A DNA stretch of 64,000 nt, from contig JBHLPW010000008.1 of NCBI GenBank assembly GCA_048939015.1, positions 33,694-97,693 of the forward strand, in the 5' to 3' direction. The DNA comes from Promethearchaeota archaeon (GTDB lineage Archaea > Asgardarchaeota > Lokiarchaeia > Sigyniarchaeales > SOKP01). Positions within the stretch are counted from its first letter, which is position 1. Each line of letters starts with the position of its first letter. Shown one piece after another: positions 46,221 through 57,226 of the stretch. The notes below the pieces were generated by a model that saw nothing but the letters and a program-made list of their open reading frames with translations, searched no databases and had not been told where the DNA came from. The translations under genes and the position numbers were made by a program.

Positions 46221-48782
46221 ATGCGAAGAATTAGAACTTTCTTGATTATATTTTATATCTTTTCTATCTTAATCATACCTGGTTTTATAGTAACAAGTAC
46301 TTTTAACAATCCTAGTACATTCTTTACCAAAAATTTTTCTCAAAATCAAAAGATTCACAATGGTATTTATAACGCGTACGATGTATGTGTAAGTGGAGAT
46401 TACATTTATGTAGCGAATGCTAATACAGGTCTAGTAATAATAAACATCTCAGACCCAAAGAATCCAAAAAGTCTAATTTCTAAAGCTACAACAGGAGTTG
46501 CACTTGGAGTTGAAGTTAGTGGTAATTATGCTTTTGTTGCAACAGGGAATACTGGTTTAGCAATCATCGATATTTCCGACCCCTTAAATCCAGGTGATCC
46601 TGAATACTCAGACACGAATGATTATTCTCAACGACTGTTTATAAGTGGAGACTATGCTTATTTAGCAGATGAACTTTCAGGTTTAGCGGTGATTGACATT
46701 TCCGATCCAACAAATCCAGGAATACCCGTCTATGAAAATACAACTGATAGAGCTCGTGATGTATATGTTAGTGGAGATTATGCTTATGTAGCTGCTGGTG
46801 ACTCTGGTTTAGCAGTGATTGATATTTCTGATCCGACCAATCCAGAATTAATCACTTATGAAGACACTATAGGAGAAGCTAGAAGCGTATATGTAAGTGG
46901 AGATTTCGCATATTTGGCAATCGGCGCTGAAGGCTTAGCCATTATTAATATTACTGATCCTACTAATCCTGGAACCCCTGTTTATAGATACTTAACTGAA
47001 TGGGCAAATGATATTGAAATTTATGGAGATCATGCTTATATAGCAGATGGGGATGCCGGGTTAGCAATTGTGGATATTACTGACCCAAATAATCCCGGAA
47101 TGCCTTCTTACAAAGACACAGAAGGTAGTGCATGGGGAATTTGCATTGATGGGAATTATGCTTACATTGCAGATCGGCTTTCTGGTTTAGCGGTTATCGA
47201 GATATCTGTACCTATAAATCCAAAACCCCCTATTTACCGAGATACCTCTAATTGGGCTGTCGATATTGATGTTGATGGTGATTATGCTTATCTTTCCACG
47301 AGTAGCTTGGGTTTGATGGTAGTTAATATTTCAAATCCAAAAAATCCGGGAATACCTGTCTATAATGTTACCACGGGTGCTGGTTGGGGCATTCATATCG
47401 AAGGAGATTACGCTTATATTGCTGATGGATATTCAGGATTAGCAGTTATTGATATATCTGATCCCAAACATCCTGGTCCAGCATATTATAGTCCTACATC
47501 AGGAAATGCACGCGCAGTTGATATAAGTGGAGACTGTGCTTATATGGCAGTTGGGGATTTTGGCATGGCAATTTTAAATATTTCTGATCCCACTAATCCA
47601 GAAGTCATTACTTATGAAGACACTGATGGATACGCACGGGGTATCTATGTTGATGGAAATTACGCCTTTATTGCTGATGAAAGTTATGGTTTAGCCATAA
47701 TTGACATTTCTGATCCATCTAATCCCGGATTACCAGTATATGCAGATACAGATGGAACTTCCCGAAGTGTATTTGTGAGTGGAGATTTTGCCTATGTAGC
47801 TGATGATCCTACGGGTTTAGCGGTTGTCAATATTTCTGATCCAACCAATCCAGAAACACTTGTGTATGAAGATACATTAGGAAATGCTAGGGATATTTAT
47901 GTAAGCGGTGATTATGCTTTTATTGCAGATCAAAACAATGGGTTAGCGGTAATTGATATTTCTGATCCTTTAAATCCTGGAACACCTATTTATAAAGATA
48001 CGACGGGAGTTTCTTATGGAATATGCGTGGAAGGAGATTTTGCATATATTGCTGATTATGCTTCTGGTCTAGCCGTCATCCAGGTTCGAAAAAGGGTGGA
48101 TTATGCAGAACCTGTAATTTTGGACTCTCCTACTGATTTGACTGTTGAATATGGATACACAGGACAAACATTATCTTGGACTGCAGAAGATATTAATGCA
48201 AGCACTTACACTATTGAGCTAGTCGGAACAGGTTTCGTTGTAAACTCTACAGCATGGTATAACAATACTCCAATGGTACATAATATCCCTGATGGATTTA
48301 CTCCTGGATCCTATACCTATATAATCAACATAACGGATGTCTCCGGTAATTATATTACAGATAGTGTTATCTTTGAAGTCGAAGATATAACTGATCCAAT
48401 CATCACCTTTAGTTCAAACGACATATCGATTCAAGTTGGATACAGCAATATAAACCTTTCATGGATCGCGACAGACTTATTTCCAGATACCTATACAATT
48501 GAGTTAGTAGGATCTGGGATTGTAGTAGGACCCCTATCATGGACAGATGGCAGCCTCATCTCTTATTACATCCCTACTGATCTCGAATCTGGTGTCTACG
48601 AATTTATTATTACCGTAACCGATGAAAGTGGGAACTCTGCGACTAGCACGGTGATAGTAACAATTACAGGTACATCAGGAGGAACGATCCCGTTTGGAAA
48701 TCTTTTTGTCTTCTTCACGATTTTAAGCATTATTAGCTTGATTGTCTTGAGAAGAAAAAAGATTAAGTGTTCGGATCAATGA
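46221..48782 (+). CDS. LVIVD-repeat surface protein (14 repeats), two Ig-like domains, sorting tail
   Basis: 14 copies of V.VSGDYAYVAD..SGLAVIDISDP.NP; two ..LSW.A.D...TY.I repeats; IPFGN-TM-RRKK. Confidence 0.92.
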   Translation: MRRIRTFLIIFYIFSILIIPGFIVTSTFNNPSTFFTKNFSQNQKIHNGIYNAYDVCVSGDYIYVANANTGLVIINISDPKNPKSLISKATTGVALGVEVSGNYAFVATGNTGLAIIDISDPLNPGDPEYSDTNDYSQRLFISGDYAYLADELSGLAVIDISDPTNPGIPVYENTTDRARDVYVSGDYAYVAAGDSGLAVIDISDPTNPELITYEDTIGEARSVYVSGDFAYLAIGAEGLAIINITDPTNPGTPVYRYLTEWANDIEIYGDHAYIADGDAGLAIVDITDPNNPGMPSYKDTEGSAWGICIDGNYAYIADRLSGLAVIEISVPINPKPPIYRDTSNWAVDIDVDGDYAYLSTSSLGLMVVNISNPKNPGIPVYNVTTGAGWGIHIEGDYAYIADGYSGLAVIDISDPKHPGPAYYSPTSGNARAVDISGDCAYMAVGDFGMAILNISDPTNPEVITYEDTDGYARGIYVDGNYAFIADESYGLAIIDISDPSNPGLPVYADTDGTSRSVFVSGDFAYVADDPTGLAVVNISDPTNPETLVYEDTLGNARDIYVSGDYAFIADQNNGLAVIDISDPLNPGTPIYKDTTGVSYGICVEGDFAYIADYASGLAVIQVRKRVDYAEPVILDSPTDLTVEYGYTGQTLSWTAEDINASTYTIELVGTGFVVNSTAWYNNTPMVHNIPDGFTPGSYTYIINITDVSGNYITDSVIFEVEDITDPIITFSSNDISIQVGYSNINLSWIATDLFPDTYTIELVGSGIVVGPLSWTDGSLISYYIPTDLESGVYEFIITVTDESGNSATSTVIVTITGTSGGTIPFGNLFVFFTILSIISLIVLRRKKIKCSDQ

Positions 48783-48965
48783 TATCTTAGATATTTATAA
48801 TCATCTACTCTTTTTTTTCTTATTAACCAGAGTTTTTTTCAAGCTTCTAGTTATTTCTCTCACGTGAGTTAACAATATTAAGTATCAAGATTATAATGCT
48901 TAAAAATGTTAGAAACTCAATAGATTGGGAGATCTATTTATTAGGACATTAAAAAAAAAAGAAAA

Positions 48966-50933
48966 TTAATAATTATTATGTAATGTACGGTTCTTTCTAT
49001 AAACTGATACCAATCCTAACCCACAGACAGTACAAATAATAATTAAGATGTCGTATCCCGCGATCCCTCGAGGTGGAGTTCGCACAATATTGATATTAGT
49101 AGTCTCTAAGTATGTTATACCATACTCTAATAATTGAACGGGAATATTATTAGAATAATTTAATACAACACGACTTGGGATATCTTCTAATTGTATGATT
49201 ATAGATGTAGTACCATTTATCCATTTAGAATCACTAAACTCCAAATTCAAACTACTGTTATAAATTTCAATAGGGATTGGTTGGGAATAACTATAGGGAT
49301 TAATTCCTTCATTTACATCCTCAATTGTAATATTGATAAATTGAGTATTAGCATTGTAAGTAACATTAACAAAATTATATCTAGGAAGATAAGGATTATC
49401 ATACCACGGATAGAAAAACCAATCTAAAGATTGACCTGCAGCTATTTCCATCGATTGAATTAAATCTGCATAAGTAGCTATTTCAAAATAAAATTCATGA
49501 GTAAAGACTTCTAAACCTTCAAGAAATGTTTCAGTTCCAAGGATACGCCTTAAATTTTCAAGTACAACTGGAGCTTTTCTATAAGCTGTATACCAATAAT
49601 CATTACCACTACTCAGAGCATCAGGAATCGAAAGGTTAATTCTATTAGGTAGTCCATGATCCAAATTATAATACCATACATAATCCATTAGCCAATATGG
49701 ACTAAAAAGATTCCAATCAGGATGGAAAAAATCTTTTGCCCACTCCGTAATCCAGCATACAATGCCTTCATCCACAAAGCCCCAATCTATCTCATCAATA
49801 CCAACTAAATTATAAAACCATTGGTGACCTATTTCGTGCACTATTGTTGTTTCAAGATAAACCCAAGGATTATCTGAGTAATCATACGCTTCAGAAGCAT
49901 AAACTTGGCATGGATATTCCATACCTCCATAATGAGTATACTCTTCAACGATATTTAATGATTTGTATGGATAATCTCCGAATGTAAGGTTAAATAAGCC
50001 CCCCGCTTGTACGCAGTCAAGAGTAAAATTCTCCCACAACCAAGTAGACTTTGGAAAAAAATAAACGGAAACTGTAATGTTACGCTGGGGAACTATTCCG
50101 TATTGTCTTACAAAATAACGAGATGCTGAAAATGTTACTTCACGCACAGGTAATTGAGGATTATAGTGATGAATTGTTCTTTCCCCAATAGTAATATTAT
50201 CTAGTAAATTTCCAGTAGCAGCTACTGTCATATTTTCTGGAACATTAATCATTAAATCATAATAAGCCATATCAAAATAGAAAGGATCTCCCGTAAGAAG
50301 ATATGGATCAATATTCCAACCATCAAATTCATCATAAACACACGGTTGAGGATAACAATGAGAACATTTAAAAACACGAGTTTCATTATGATCCCATCCA
50401 TACTCATTTGCTCGAGCAATTCCCCCATCTGGAAGAGTAGTATTAAAAGAAATTATAAATGAAGTTCTACTAGCGGGTTCAAGTACAGAAGTTAGGTTTA
50501 CCCACATTAATTGAATATTACTGTAAACCTCGAATTGAAGTTGCTCTTTAGGTTCTTCTATGGTGGTTACATTCAAGATCTCCATATATCCAGGTCGTGT
50601 ATCATATTCCATTCCAGAGGGATAAATGTGAAAGGGAATTTGAGTAAAATTAACTGGATCATTATTATAAAAATCAACAGTTAAATTTCCAGCAACAGTA
50701 TGCGAATCTTCATCTAAATATAATGATAAATTGTATGAAGAAAATTCATATCCAGTAAAATTACCTTTCTTAAACTGATCATAATTTGATGGCATTATAT
50801 CTAAATCGAAAGTTTCTAATGTAGTTGGTGTTAATGTCTTATTAATATCAATTACAAACACAAATCCAAGTAATAGTGTTATGCTTATCCCTATAATTAA
50901 AAAAAAATTCATATATTTTTGATTAAGTTTCAT
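48966..50933 (-). CDS. Surface-anchored M1 family zinc aminopeptidase
   Basis: GGMEY, HEIGH...E (VDEG), AYRKA; N-terminal TM; IAGYD-TM-basic tail. Confidence 0.9.
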   Translation of the reverse strand: MKLNQKYMNFFLIIGISITLLLGFVFVIDINKTLTPTTLETFDLDIMPSNYDQFKKGNFTGYEFSSYNLSLYLDEDSHTVAGNLTVDFYNNDPVNFTQIPFHIYPSGMEYDTRPGYMEILNVTTIEEPKEQLQFEVYSNIQLMWVNLTSVLEPASRTSFIISFNTTLPDGGIARANEYGWDHNETRVFKCSHCYPQPCVYDEFDGWNIDPYLLTGDPFYFDMAYYDLMINVPENMTVAATGNLLDNITIGERTIHHYNPQLPVREVTFSASRYFVRQYGIVPQRNITVSVYFFPKSTWLWENFTLDCVQAGGLFNLTFGDYPYKSLNIVEEYTHYGGMEYPCQVYASEAYDYSDNPWVYLETTIVHEIGHQWFYNLVGIDEIDWGFVDEGIVCWITEWAKDFFHPDWNLFSPYWLMDYVWYYNLDHGLPNRINLSIPDALSSGNDYWYTAYRKAPVVLENLRRILGTETFLEGLEVFTHEFYFEIATYADLIQSMEIAAGQSLDWFFYPWYDNPYLPRYNFVNVTYNANTQFINITIEDVNEGINPYSYSQPIPIEIYNSSLNLEFSDSKWINGTTSIIIQLEDIPSRVVLNYSNNIPVQLLEYGITYLETTNINIVRTPPRGIAGYDILIIICTVCGLGLVSVYRKNRTLHNNY

Positions 50934-51168
50934 AATTTAAACTAGCCCATTTTTTTATAGTAGATCTGTATTAACCCTAAGATTTTAACGATATATTAAA
51001 GAGTTGTGGACCAGTTTTTGAACATTCAATATCTTGATTGCTTTTGAATTTTTTTTAATTAAGATTCTATTAAACACTTATTTTTAAGTATCAATATTTA
51101 TTTGCTGGATTTTTTTTATTGAATTATCATATAATATTAGAAAAAGATCTCTGTAAAATTTAATTTGG

Positions 51169-51984
51169 CTAATTTTTCCTCGCTATTACCATAATATGAG
51201 GACTTGCACCTATGAGAGAGGATTCCTTCTCGATTTCTCTTGTAAAAGACAATACTAATTTACTTTTTTCCGAATCATTAAGATACTCTTCTATATTTCC
51301 TAATAAATATAAAAAGCCTTCAATTGAAAATAGTTCAACGGATTGGAACCCCGCATCAATATGTTCTTGAATTAATTCATTTGGATGATGAAAAAAAGAG
51401 GTTGTGAAGTAATGAGTTATATTCGTAGGATTTCTATGTTGCCCATCAATAAGATCTTGTTTTACTATAGGAATAAACTTTTCATCAAGAATATTGCCGG
51501 TTTGGAACCCATCTATTAGAGAGGCATATCTTGATATCCCTGCAGAAAAGATTATTCCTCCAGGTTTTAACACTCTAAAAGCTTCTTTTAATGCCTTTTC
51601 TCTCTCTTCTTTTTCAACTAGATGGTATAAAGGTCCAAAAAGTAGAATACCATCCGCAAAATGATTTGGAAATTCCAGTTGACGTGCATCTCCTAATTTT
51701 ATACTCTTTAATTTGGTTTTTGCTAAGCTATTTTTTTCCTTGGCTTGGGTAATATGAAGAGGCATTATATCAAGTAAATGCACTTCATAGCCAAAATCAG
51801 ATAATATAAAAGAATAAACTCCCGTTGCACCTCCGATATCCAGAATCACAGCTGGAGATTTCGGGAGGTATCGTTGTAATAGGTCTAATGTACGAATTTT
51901 TTCTAATCTATTAGATTCATGTTCCAAACGGTTATCCTCCAGCCCCTTGTTATAATAATTCGTGAATTTTTCATCATTATCCAA
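51169..51984 (-). CDS. Class I SAM-dependent methyltransferase
   Basis: ILDIGGATG.Y, GDAR, LFGPLYHL, RVLKPGG. Confidence 0.9.
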   Translation of the reverse strand: MDNDEKFTNYYNKGLEDNRLEHESNRLEKIRTLDLLQRYLPKSPAVILDIGGATGVYSFILSDFGYEVHLLDIMPLHITQAKEKNSLAKTKLKSIKLGDARQLEFPNHFADGILLFGPLYHLVEKEEREKALKEAFRVLKPGGIIFSAGISRYASLIDGFQTGNILDEKFIPIVKQDLIDGQHRNPTNITHYFTTSFFHHPNELIQEHIDAGFQSVELFSIEGFLYLLGNIEEYLNDSEKSKLVLSFTREIEKESSLIGASPHIMVIARKN

Positions 51985-52162
51985 AATTATCGACCTTTAT
52001 CCAGATTGAATTAAATTTAGGTAGGATGAACTTTTATATTAATCTAACTTCAGTTTTATCATTAAAAATTTCCAGTTTTAGTCATGGGACAAATTTAATA
52101 ATTTTTAAAAAAAAGAGATGATTGTTAGAATATACTGAATTTAATTTTTTTTAGATAAGAAG

Positions 52163-53272
52163 GTGAAACCATTGTCAGTTGAATATAAAGGCAAAAGATA
52201 CGATATCGAAAAGAATAAAAAAGGTCAACTCACTCTCAAATTGAGTTTTTTAAAAATTTCTGATATATCTACCATTAGTGGTCTCTACAATCTTAGAGAC
52301 TTAGAAATATTAGATTTAAGATACAATAATATTGTTGAGATCATGGGGCTTGAAAACCTACCAAATTTACAAGAATTGTATCTCAGCGGAAATAAAATTA
52401 CTGAAATTAAAGGATTAGAAGCTCTATCAAATTTGAGAAAGTTAAACTTAGTAAAAAATAAAATTACTGAAATTAAAGGGCTTGATAATCTGTCAAATCT
52501 ACAAGAACTTAACCTCTATGGAAATCAAATAACTGAAATCAAAAACTTAACTCGCCTTAAAAATCTACGCGAATTAAATCTTGCGAAAAATCAAATAACA
52601 GAGATTAAAGGACTTGAAGAGCAAGTAAATCTTCAGAAATTAAATTTGAGTTCAAATCAGATTTCCGAAATCAAAGAGCTTAATAGACTCAAGAATCTGG
52701 AAGAATTAAATCTCCTGGAAAATCAAATTTATGTAATCAAAGGGTTTGAATCCTTAACGGCTTTAAGTGACCTTTTTCTCGGTGGGAATCCTGTTTGGAA
52801 ATGGGCCAAAAAACAGTTCGGTGAGGCTTTCCGTATTGATATGATTAAGGATCCTCAAGCACTTGTAGATTATTGTAAAAAAGGAGCGGCAAGTATACAA
52901 GATGAAGAAAAAATTATCTCTGCTTATCATCAAAGGCAAAAAAAGTTTCTTTTTTATGCATTAGCAGGAATTCTTATAATGAGTATAGGGCCTTTAATCG
53001 CTTCTCAATCAATCTTCGGATGGGTAATCACCGTCGGTGGAGTAATAATGGTTGTAGTTTTCATAAATCTCGCTAAATTACAAAGGGTTTATAGATTATT
53101 TTTAGGCTTAATAGGACTGTTTATTATTATATTGGGAGGCATACTTCTTATTATGAGTTTTAGCATCGGATGGTATATATTAATTGATGGAGTTCTTTGG
53201 ATAATCTTTTGTACAAATCTTTGGGTTATTTTTTTCGCATACCGATCTGGTCGTACAGGTGCAAGAATATAA
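52163..53272 (+). CDS. SDS22-type LRR protein with four C-terminal TM helices
   Basis: About 8 LxxLNLxxNxITEIKGL repeats, GNP cap, hydrophobic C-terminus. Confidence 0.88.
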   Translation: MKPLSVEYKGKRYDIEKNKKGQLTLKLSFLKISDISTISGLYNLRDLEILDLRYNNIVEIMGLENLPNLQELYLSGNKITEIKGLEALSNLRKLNLVKNKITEIKGLDNLSNLQELNLYGNQITEIKNLTRLKNLRELNLAKNQITEIKGLEEQVNLQKLNLSSNQISEIKELNRLKNLEELNLLENQIYVIKGFESLTALSDLFLGGNPVWKWAKKQFGEAFRIDMIKDPQALVDYCKKGAASIQDEEKIISAYHQRQKKFLFYALAGILIMSIGPLIASQSIFGWVITVGGVIMVVVFINLAKLQRVYRLFLGLIGLFIIILGGILLIMSFSIGWYILIDGVLWIIFCTNLWVIFFAYRSGRTGARI

Positions 53273-53353
53273 TATCTAGTTAATCTAGCTAGTTATTTTT
53301 TAGTAGATTTGGTCTATATAAGTTTATTAAGCAATATTTCACTTTTTTATAAT

Positions 53354-53830
53354 ATGAAAATACAAATAATGACTGATACTTGGTATGGAAATGGAAAATT
53401 ATTAGCCGAAGCTCTTAAGGAAGAGTTTTCCAATGAAATTAAAGTCAATATTGCTGATGTCAAGGATGTCTCTCCTAAAAAAATTGCTGAAGATGCCCCA
53501 AATGTAATTATTTTAGGAGGAGCAATACGAATGTTTAGAGGAGCCCCAAAACCTAAGAAATGGTTAAAACAACTGAATAAGATACTGGAAAAATCAGGTC
53601 ATAAAATTCAATATGGGACTGGTTTTTTAACCCACTCAATGCCAACCAATAAAGTTCAAGGATATGCGAAAAGATATCGAAATAAAATAGAAAACGCATC
53701 AATGGTTGAAGCCACCTATGCTGAAATGTTAACAGCACGAGTTGAAAGTTCAAAGGGGCCAATCTATTCTGAAGAAATGGAAAAAGCGAGAGAGTATATT
53801 AAAGAATTCATCAATTGGATTCAAAAGTAA
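53354..53830 (+). CDS. Flavodoxin-like protein
   Basis: DTWYGNG, ILGGAIRM, V...KGPI; resembles 38592-39050. Confidence 0.7.
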   Translation: MKIQIMTDTWYGNGKLLAEALKEEFSNEIKVNIADVKDVSPKKIAEDAPNVIILGGAIRMFRGAPKPKKWLKQLNKILEKSGHKIQYGTGFLTHSMPTNKVQGYAKRYRNKIENASMVEATYAEMLTARVESSKGPIYSEEMEKAREYIKEFINWIQK

Positions 53831-54201
53831 TAAAAAAAATTTAAGGGGATTCTAGCAATCATCTCTCATTATTTTTAAAAATAAATTCAAAAAACTACGA
53901 CAAGACCGCCTAAAATATGACAAACAATGCCCCAACAAATTGTATCAGTCCGTACTGGAATCCACTTCAGAAAAGACATTCATCCCGAATTTGATATACA
54001 TTTAAAATATTGAAAACTAAAAAGAATTTGAGCTAGTTAATCAACTCCCATTCCAAATTCAGTATTTTCCTTAAAAAATCAGATTTGATTTATAAAATAA
54101 AATTTAGAATATGTTATTACCTAAAATTTTACATTGAATAAGGAGCAAACTGAATAGAATATAAACCTAATTCTTTTAATTGCTATTAATTTTTTTGTTC
54201 T

Positions 54202-55458
54202 ATGAAAGAGAGAAATAAATATCAAAATCTTAAACCTCTTTGGATTTCTGTTTTTGTTGACATTCTTGGCTTTAGTATTATTCTCCCATTTCTACCATTT
54301 TTCATTGCTGAATTCAATGTTTCCCCAGCAATTATAGGCTTTTTATTAAGTTCAAATGCCATATTTGGATTTTTCTTTGGACCAGTACTAAGTAAATTGA
54401 GCGATAAATATGGTAGAAAGCCGATGATGCTAATCTCTTTAGCAGGAACTTTTGTAGGCTTTATAATTTTAATTGCTTCCAACAATATTATAGTACTATT
54501 AATTTCGAGAATCACTGATGGTGTTTTTAGTGGTCAATTCCCAATAGCAAAAGCGATCATCGGAGATGTAGTGTCTCCTGAAGATCGTCCAAAACAAATG
54601 ACTAATATTGGAATAACTTTCGGCTTAGCTTTCTTAATAGGACCAGCAATAGGGGGAGTATTATCCTCTTACGGCTTTATAGGACCTGGAGTTCTTGCAA
54701 CATTATTGACTGGATTCTCACTTGTCTATACATCAATTTATTTGAAGGAAAGTCTACCAAGCAAGTTAGAAGGTGCTCAATTGCTAGAAGGTTTGTCAGA
54801 AATTCCGGAAATAGTTATAAAATCATCATCCATTTGGAAAAATAATAAAACTTTGATTCTTGTTATACAATATGGATTTCTAGCAATCACTGGAGGAATT
54901 CTTCAGACAACCTTCAGCCTTTTCGCTGGAATTCGTCTTGGTCTCGAACCTTTCGTAGTAGGAATTCTATTAACACTCTTAGGTGTATATCAAATACTAT
55001 TCAGACTATTAGTGTTCAATCGGCTGAGAAATAGAATTGGAGACCCAAACACTGCACTTATAGGCTTAGGGACTTATATAATCACATATCTGTTTTTTGC
55101 ATTTGTCACCCAAGCATGGGAGTTGATTATTCTTCTGTTCTTCCTAAGTTTTGCAGGATCTACATCGCAAGGAATAATCACTGGCTTTACAAGCCGATCT
55201 GTTGACAAACGTAATCAGGGCAAAATAATGGGAATCACAACTGGAATAGACAATATAGGACAGATTATCGGCCCTATAATAGGAGGGATTCTACTCTCTT
55301 TCAGCGGAAGTTTACCATACGCATTAGTTCTAAGCCTTTTAAGCGTCATACCGTTCATTATCGGATTTCAGGTCTTAAAATTTGGGTATGACAATAGGAA
55401 ACAAGTTACTACCGAGCTAGTATCCAGAGAAGTTATAAAACCAGAAATAGTTAAATAA
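54202..55458 (+). CDS. MFS transporter (TetA/DHA1-like)
   Basis: LSDKYGRKP motif A, SRITDG, GPAIGG motif C, about 12 TM. Confidence 0.92.
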   Translation: MKERNKYQNLKPLWISVFVDILGFSIILPFLPFFIAEFNVSPAIIGFLLSSNAIFGFFFGPVLSKLSDKYGRKPMMLISLAGTFVGFIILIASNNIIVLLISRITDGVFSGQFPIAKAIIGDVVSPEDRPKQMTNIGITFGLAFLIGPAIGGVLSSYGFIGPGVLATLLTGFSLVYTSIYLKESLPSKLEGAQLLEGLSEIPEIVIKSSSIWKNNKTLILVIQYGFLAITGGILQTTFSLFAGIRLGLEPFVVGILLTLLGVYQILFRLLVFNRLRNRIGDPNTALIGLGTYIITYLFFAFVTQAWELIILLFFLSFAGSTSQGIITGFTSRSVDKRNQGKIMGITTGIDNIGQIIGPIIGGILLSFSGSLPYALVLSLLSVIPFIIGFQVLKFGYDNRKQVTTELVSREVIKPEIVK

Positions 55459-55483
55459 ATTATTTTATTATTTTAAGATTTAG

Positions 55484-57067
55484 CTACTTTTTAGCGGAAG
55501 ATTTAAGTTTCTCAATAGGTATTTTCATTAAAGAATCGATTAGATCAGAAACACACTCAGCTGTAGAATGTAGTTGCCCCATATCAACCTTATCGAGAGT
55601 ATCTTCTGCCGTTAACAAGTAATAAGGAGACCGAATCCAATGAATAACATCAATATCAGCTTGCGTACTAAAATGACCCGCTTCTCCTATAGGAGGAGTT
55701 GCGAAAAAATTGTCAGGAATTAACATCATTTTCTCAATATTATGATCTCGACAAGCTTTAATAACTGGAGCAACCAAATATTCATTCCGCGATATAAAGG
55801 TCGCTCCAAGGGCTAAACTATCTGTAAATGTGAAATTATGAGTCTTAGTATCCTCTTCGACTTCCTTTGCACACATATGCTCTAAGTTTAAATCTACTAA
55901 AACATCCTTTAATATCGTATCCTTATATTTGCGCGCAAATGCTTCTGCACCTATCCCGCCATAAAGATGACCTGCCGATAAGCAAAAGAGTAGGCTTCTT
56001 GGTCGTAATTCTTGTGGAATTTTAGCCCATGTCTGTAATTGAGTTAGAACCATTGCTACGCCTGTCCCATCTTCCGTTGCCCCTTCAAACGCCGAATCAT
56101 GATGGGTTGAGATCATTATCATTTCCTCTGATTTTCCAGGCAGAATCCCCCAGATGTTATGTGCGTGACTTGGTTCTTTAGTTCCTTCAAGGATAAGTGT
56201 TCCTTGTACATTGTTTTTTATAACTAAATCTCTAACCTTTATACCATCATATTTCCCTACATATAATGCAGGTATTGGTTTCATTGCTCCATCATATGGT
56301 CCCCAATGAGTATTAACATTTGAGGGGTAGTCTCGCAAGATTAATACTAAACCTAACGCCCCCCGATCAAATGCACGCCAGTATACAGAGTCCTCCCTTC
56401 TCTTTCCTCCAAGAGCCTGGGGAGGAAAATTAGATAAAGCAAATGTTAAGATGAGTTCATATTCATCATCAATAACATGGTTAGGATCAGAAACGTAAAA
56501 CAATTTTGCCAATTTAATTAATTTTCCGAGTGGTAAGGTTGGAAACTCAATATCAGCAACAACTATCTTATCCTTGACATTTTTCTTTTTAAAATCCTTT
56601 TCGGCTCCAGTACCAACATACACTAAAGGAGCGGTTATTCCTTTTTTATCTGTAAATCCTGTATTAAGAACATAAAAGCATGGTATCTCAATCGGTTCAT
56701 TTCCGTTTTGAATCATCAGTTTCCAATTATTAGCACTCCAATCTATCAACTCCAGACGTTCCTTTTTAACCGTGTCTAAGCCATATTCTTTACACTTAGT
56801 AAATAAAAAATCTTCGATTTCATGAGCATATTCGGTTCCAATTCTACGATGCGGAGGTTTACAAATTTGTTCTAAAATTTGCTGAATCTCCTCAGATGCA
56901 GGAATATCCATTTTCAAATCAGAATCTTTCATATTTGCAATTATTTCTTCGGCTTTTCTGCGAATTTTTTTCATCTTGGGAATCAATTTTAATAAATTTA
57001 GTATAAATTTCCTCCTTGATAAACGAAACTCTGTAACTTCCTCCGAGATTTCTTGACTTTCATTCAT
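55484..57067 (-). CDS. M28-family peptidase with PA domain
   Basis: HRRIGT, APLVYVG.G..DF, STHHD, DGTG, SAGH, NLEH, DTLDK. Confidence 0.78.
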   Translation of the reverse strand: MNESQEISEEVTEFRLSRRKFILNLLKLIPKMKKIRRKAEEIIANMKDSDLKMDIPASEEIQQILEQICKPPHRRIGTEYAHEIEDFLFTKCKEYGLDTVKKERLELIDWSANNWKLMIQNGNEPIEIPCFYVLNTGFTDKKGITAPLVYVGTGAEKDFKKKNVKDKIVVADIEFPTLPLGKLIKLAKLFYVSDPNHVIDDEYELILTFALSNFPPQALGGKRREDSVYWRAFDRGALGLVLILRDYPSNVNTHWGPYDGAMKPIPALYVGKYDGIKVRDLVIKNNVQGTLILEGTKEPSHAHNIWGILPGKSEEMIMISTHHDSAFEGATEDGTGVAMVLTQLQTWAKIPQELRPRSLLFCLSAGHLYGGIGAEAFARKYKDTILKDVLVDLNLEHMCAKEVEEDTKTHNFTFTDSLALGATFISRNEYLVAPVIKACRDHNIEKMMLIPDNFFATPPIGEAGHFSTQADIDVIHWIRSPYYLLTAEDTLDKVDMGQLHSTAECVSDLIDSLMKIPIEKLKSSAKK

Positions 57068-57226
57068 AAACAAATATTTTCTTTCAATATATTTAAAATT
57101 TCTTTCACTTTGTGAACAAAAAAATAAAAATTACATGCTATGAGGAAAGCTATATTAACTTCAAAAAAAAATACTAAATTAAGAATGCCTGAATCTTTTT
57201 ATCTTTAATTTTAAGGTGAGAGTGAG

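Noticed and set aside
46370-48080. Regular ~126-nt DNA periodicity resembling an array
   Set aside because: Explained by coding LVIVD repeats; no identical repeats with unique spacers, so not CRISPR
53890-54020. Possible membrane-protein remnant on the minus strand (GLIQFVGALFVIF)
   Set aside because: Too short and interrupted by stops to assign
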